IMG/VR virus record: IMGVR_UViG_3300033076_001578
Coordinates: 4,173-68,172 of that record
Direction: 5' to 3' (one strand)
DNA from: a virus
Taxonomy: Duplodnaviria; Caudoviricetes
DNA length: 64,000 nucleotides
Of this stretch, positions 62,634-64,000 are shown in pieces. Made by a program: the position numbers and the translations under genes. Numbering within the stretch: position 1 is the stretch's first letter; the number at the start of each line of letters is the position of its first letter. The notes below the pieces were generated by a model, which had not been told where the DNA came from, ran no database searches, and saw only the letters and a list, made by a program, of their open reading frames with translations.

Positions 62634-62680
62634 CGGGTGCCCTTTCGTTTCGGTTTCTCTGAAGGCCTTCGGCGCTTCCC

Positions 62681-62711
62681 AAAAAGCACCGGCCGCGAGG
62701 CCGGTGCTTTT
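62681..62711. terminator. Terminator downstream of the major capsid gene
   Basis: AAAAAGCACCGGCC-GCGA-GGCCGGTGCTTTT. Confidence 0.88.
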
Positions 62712-62732
62712 GACGGAATAGTCGTCGGTCTT

Positions 62733-63755
62733 TTACTCGTACTGCATCGACACGATGGTGATCGACTCCGGACGGACGGCCCAACCGGCGGTGATGCGCC
62801 ATTCGGTCAGGACGTCGGTCGCACCGCCCGCGAGCGGGGAGACGATCTCGCGCGGCGCGGCCATGTCGGCGTACATGGTCGTGCAGGTCGGATTGCCCGG
62901 TCCGAGGGTCGCGAAGATGTTGGTGTTCAGCTTGTCCGCCGACGGCTTCTCGACTTCCGGCATCACGATCAGCACCGCGTCGGTGCCGCCGCTGCCCTGG
63001 CCGATCAGGGTGTCGTCGTACGCCCAGGTGATCTGGTCGCCGTTGTCCATCAGCGTTTCCTTGACCACGTTGGCGGTGGTCGCGGTACCCGCACCCGTGC
63101 GCTGGAACTGAGTCAGCTGGACGATGCCCGGGTATTCGAACGAGCTGAGGACGCGCTGCGGGCCGAGGATGGTGAACTTCCGGCCGATGCCCAGCTGGTT
63201 CGTGCGGGTCTTGATGTTCCCGATCTGCTGGAGGAGGAAGAAGGCCATCTGGCCGTTGTCGTACGTCAGGACGGTGTCATTGCCGAACTGGTCGTCCGGC
63301 AGGTTGACGGCCGTCGCGCCGTTCGCGTTCAGCAGGCCCTCGCCGTTCGCGGGCTGGAAGCCGTAGAGCAGCGCGGAGCGGGCCAGGGTGAAGTGGCCCT
63401 GCCACATCGCCAGGCGGTACGCCTCGGGCAGGGCGAAGCCCTGGCGCCCGGCGGCCGCCGTGTCGTGGTGGTCGTACTCGGCGCGGACGCGCTGAAGGTA
63501 CGTCGGCGCGCTGATCTGCGAGGCGCTGATCGAGACGCCCGGCAGCTGGTTCGGCGCCGCGGCACCGGCCAGCATCTTCGTCCGCATGTCCAGACGGCGC
63601 ATGTAGACGTAGAGGTCGCCGTCGGCGAGGCGGACGCGGGGCTCGCCGCCCGCGAGCGTGTCGAACGCTCCCGAGGCCTGCGAGTAGGGAAGGATCAGTT
63701 CCGGCTCCATGAAGGAGGGATGGACCTGAACGTAAGCGGATGCGTTCAAAGACAT
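62733..63755 (-). CDS. Major capsid protein (HK97 fold)
   Basis: 340 aa with a strong GGAGG RBS and a following terminator; R..Y..HD, LYG...N.GEGL.N, PREI..P...G motifs. Confidence 0.85.
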   Translation of the reverse strand: MSLNASAYVQVHPSFMEPELILPYSQASGAFDTLAGGEPRVRLADGDLYVYMRRLDMRTKMLAGAAAPNQLPGVSISASQISAPTYLQRVRAEYDHHDTAAAGRQGFALPEAYRLAMWQGHFTLARSALLYGFQPANGEGLLNANGATAVNLPDDQFGNDTVLTYDNGQMAFFLLQQIGNIKTRTNQLGIGRKFTILGPQRVLSSFEYPGIVQLTQFQRTGAGTATTANVVKETLMDNGDQITWAYDDTLIGQGSGGTDAVLIVMPEVEKPSADKLNTNIFATLGPGNPTCTTMYADMAAPREIVSPLAGGATDVLTEWRITAGWAVRPESITIVSMQYE

Positions 63756-63770
63756 GTGGGTCGATCCTCC

Positions 63771-64000
63771 TTAGATCGAGATGATGGCGCAAGCGCCGTT
63801 GCGGTTCCAGTTCGCGAACCCCGTGGTGCCGTTGTAGGAAACGGTCATGGAGTTCGTGGCCTGGACGTCGAGGACGTCGACCGGCAGGTCCGCGCCGGTC
63901 CCGAGCGTCGCGCCCGAGATCGTCATGGTCAGACCGGAATCGATCGTGTACTTCAGGGTCGAGCCCGTCGTACCAGCGATCAGGGTGAACTGGCCGTTGA
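63771..64000 (-). CDS. Head decoration/cement protein, C-terminal part (truncated by the right edge)
   Basis: Manual translation NGQFTLIAGTTGSTLKYTI...LPVDVLDVQATNSMTVSY..TTGFANW...ACAIISI*; directly upstream of the capsid gene. Confidence 0.7.
   Translation of the reverse strand, partial: NGQFTLIAGTTGSTLKYTIDSGLTMTISGATLGTGADLPVDVLDVQATNSMTVSYNGTTGFANWNRNGACAIISI

Noticed and set aside
62733-63755. Encapsulin/linocin nanocompartment
   Set aside because: It is embedded in a complete head-tail gene order with portal and terminase, so it is the major capsid protein.
1-64000. tRNA, rRNA, CRISPR array, integrase, transposase
   Set aside because: No cloverleaf, repeat-spacer array, or recombinase/DDE motif set was recognised by eye. 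A tRNAscan/HMM run would be needed to exclude divergent cases.

Overview
This window is almost the whole genome of a high-GC, contractile-tailed dsDNA phage (myovirus type). The host is most likely an alphaproteobacterium, probably Caulobacterales-like; this is inferred from a SigT/EcfG-like sigma factor. There are two opposed arms. The + strand arm (5.75-42.0 kb) is early/middle and encodes an SNF2 helicase, a putative SSB, an AEP primase, a class II RNR, two UvrD helicases, an ECF sigma factor, ThyX, three DNA methyltransferases, a beta-clamp-like protein, PolA, a DnaQ-like exonuclease, a dCTP deaminase, a resolvase-like nuclease and many small ORFs. The - strand arm is late. It starts with a NusG paralog, terS, terL and portal at 5.5-0 kb and continues, as if circular, from 64 kb down to 42.3 kb through capsid, neck, sheath, tube, tape measure, baseplate, fibres and lysis. 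Both window edges fall in the head module, so probably only a few kb are missing. No integrase, tRNA, rRNA, CRISPR array or reverse transcriptase was recognised. The most notable observations are: (1) a set of host-regulator look-alikes (SigT/EcfG-like sigma factor with a matching GGAAC-N16-CGTT promoter, orphan OmpR/CtrA-type wHTH, NusG paralog, beta-class MTases, XRE pair); (2) a tail-fibre-like protein and its partner that both carry Sec signal peptides, next to a duplicated baseplate domain and an SGNH esterase; (3) one beta-barrel module inserted into three, possibly four, different virion proteins; (4) a highly structured 145-nt leader RNA and a repeated ATAACCG leader motif; (5) a circularly permuted GHKL ATPase. 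All family assignments come from motif recognition by eye, and no database search was run.
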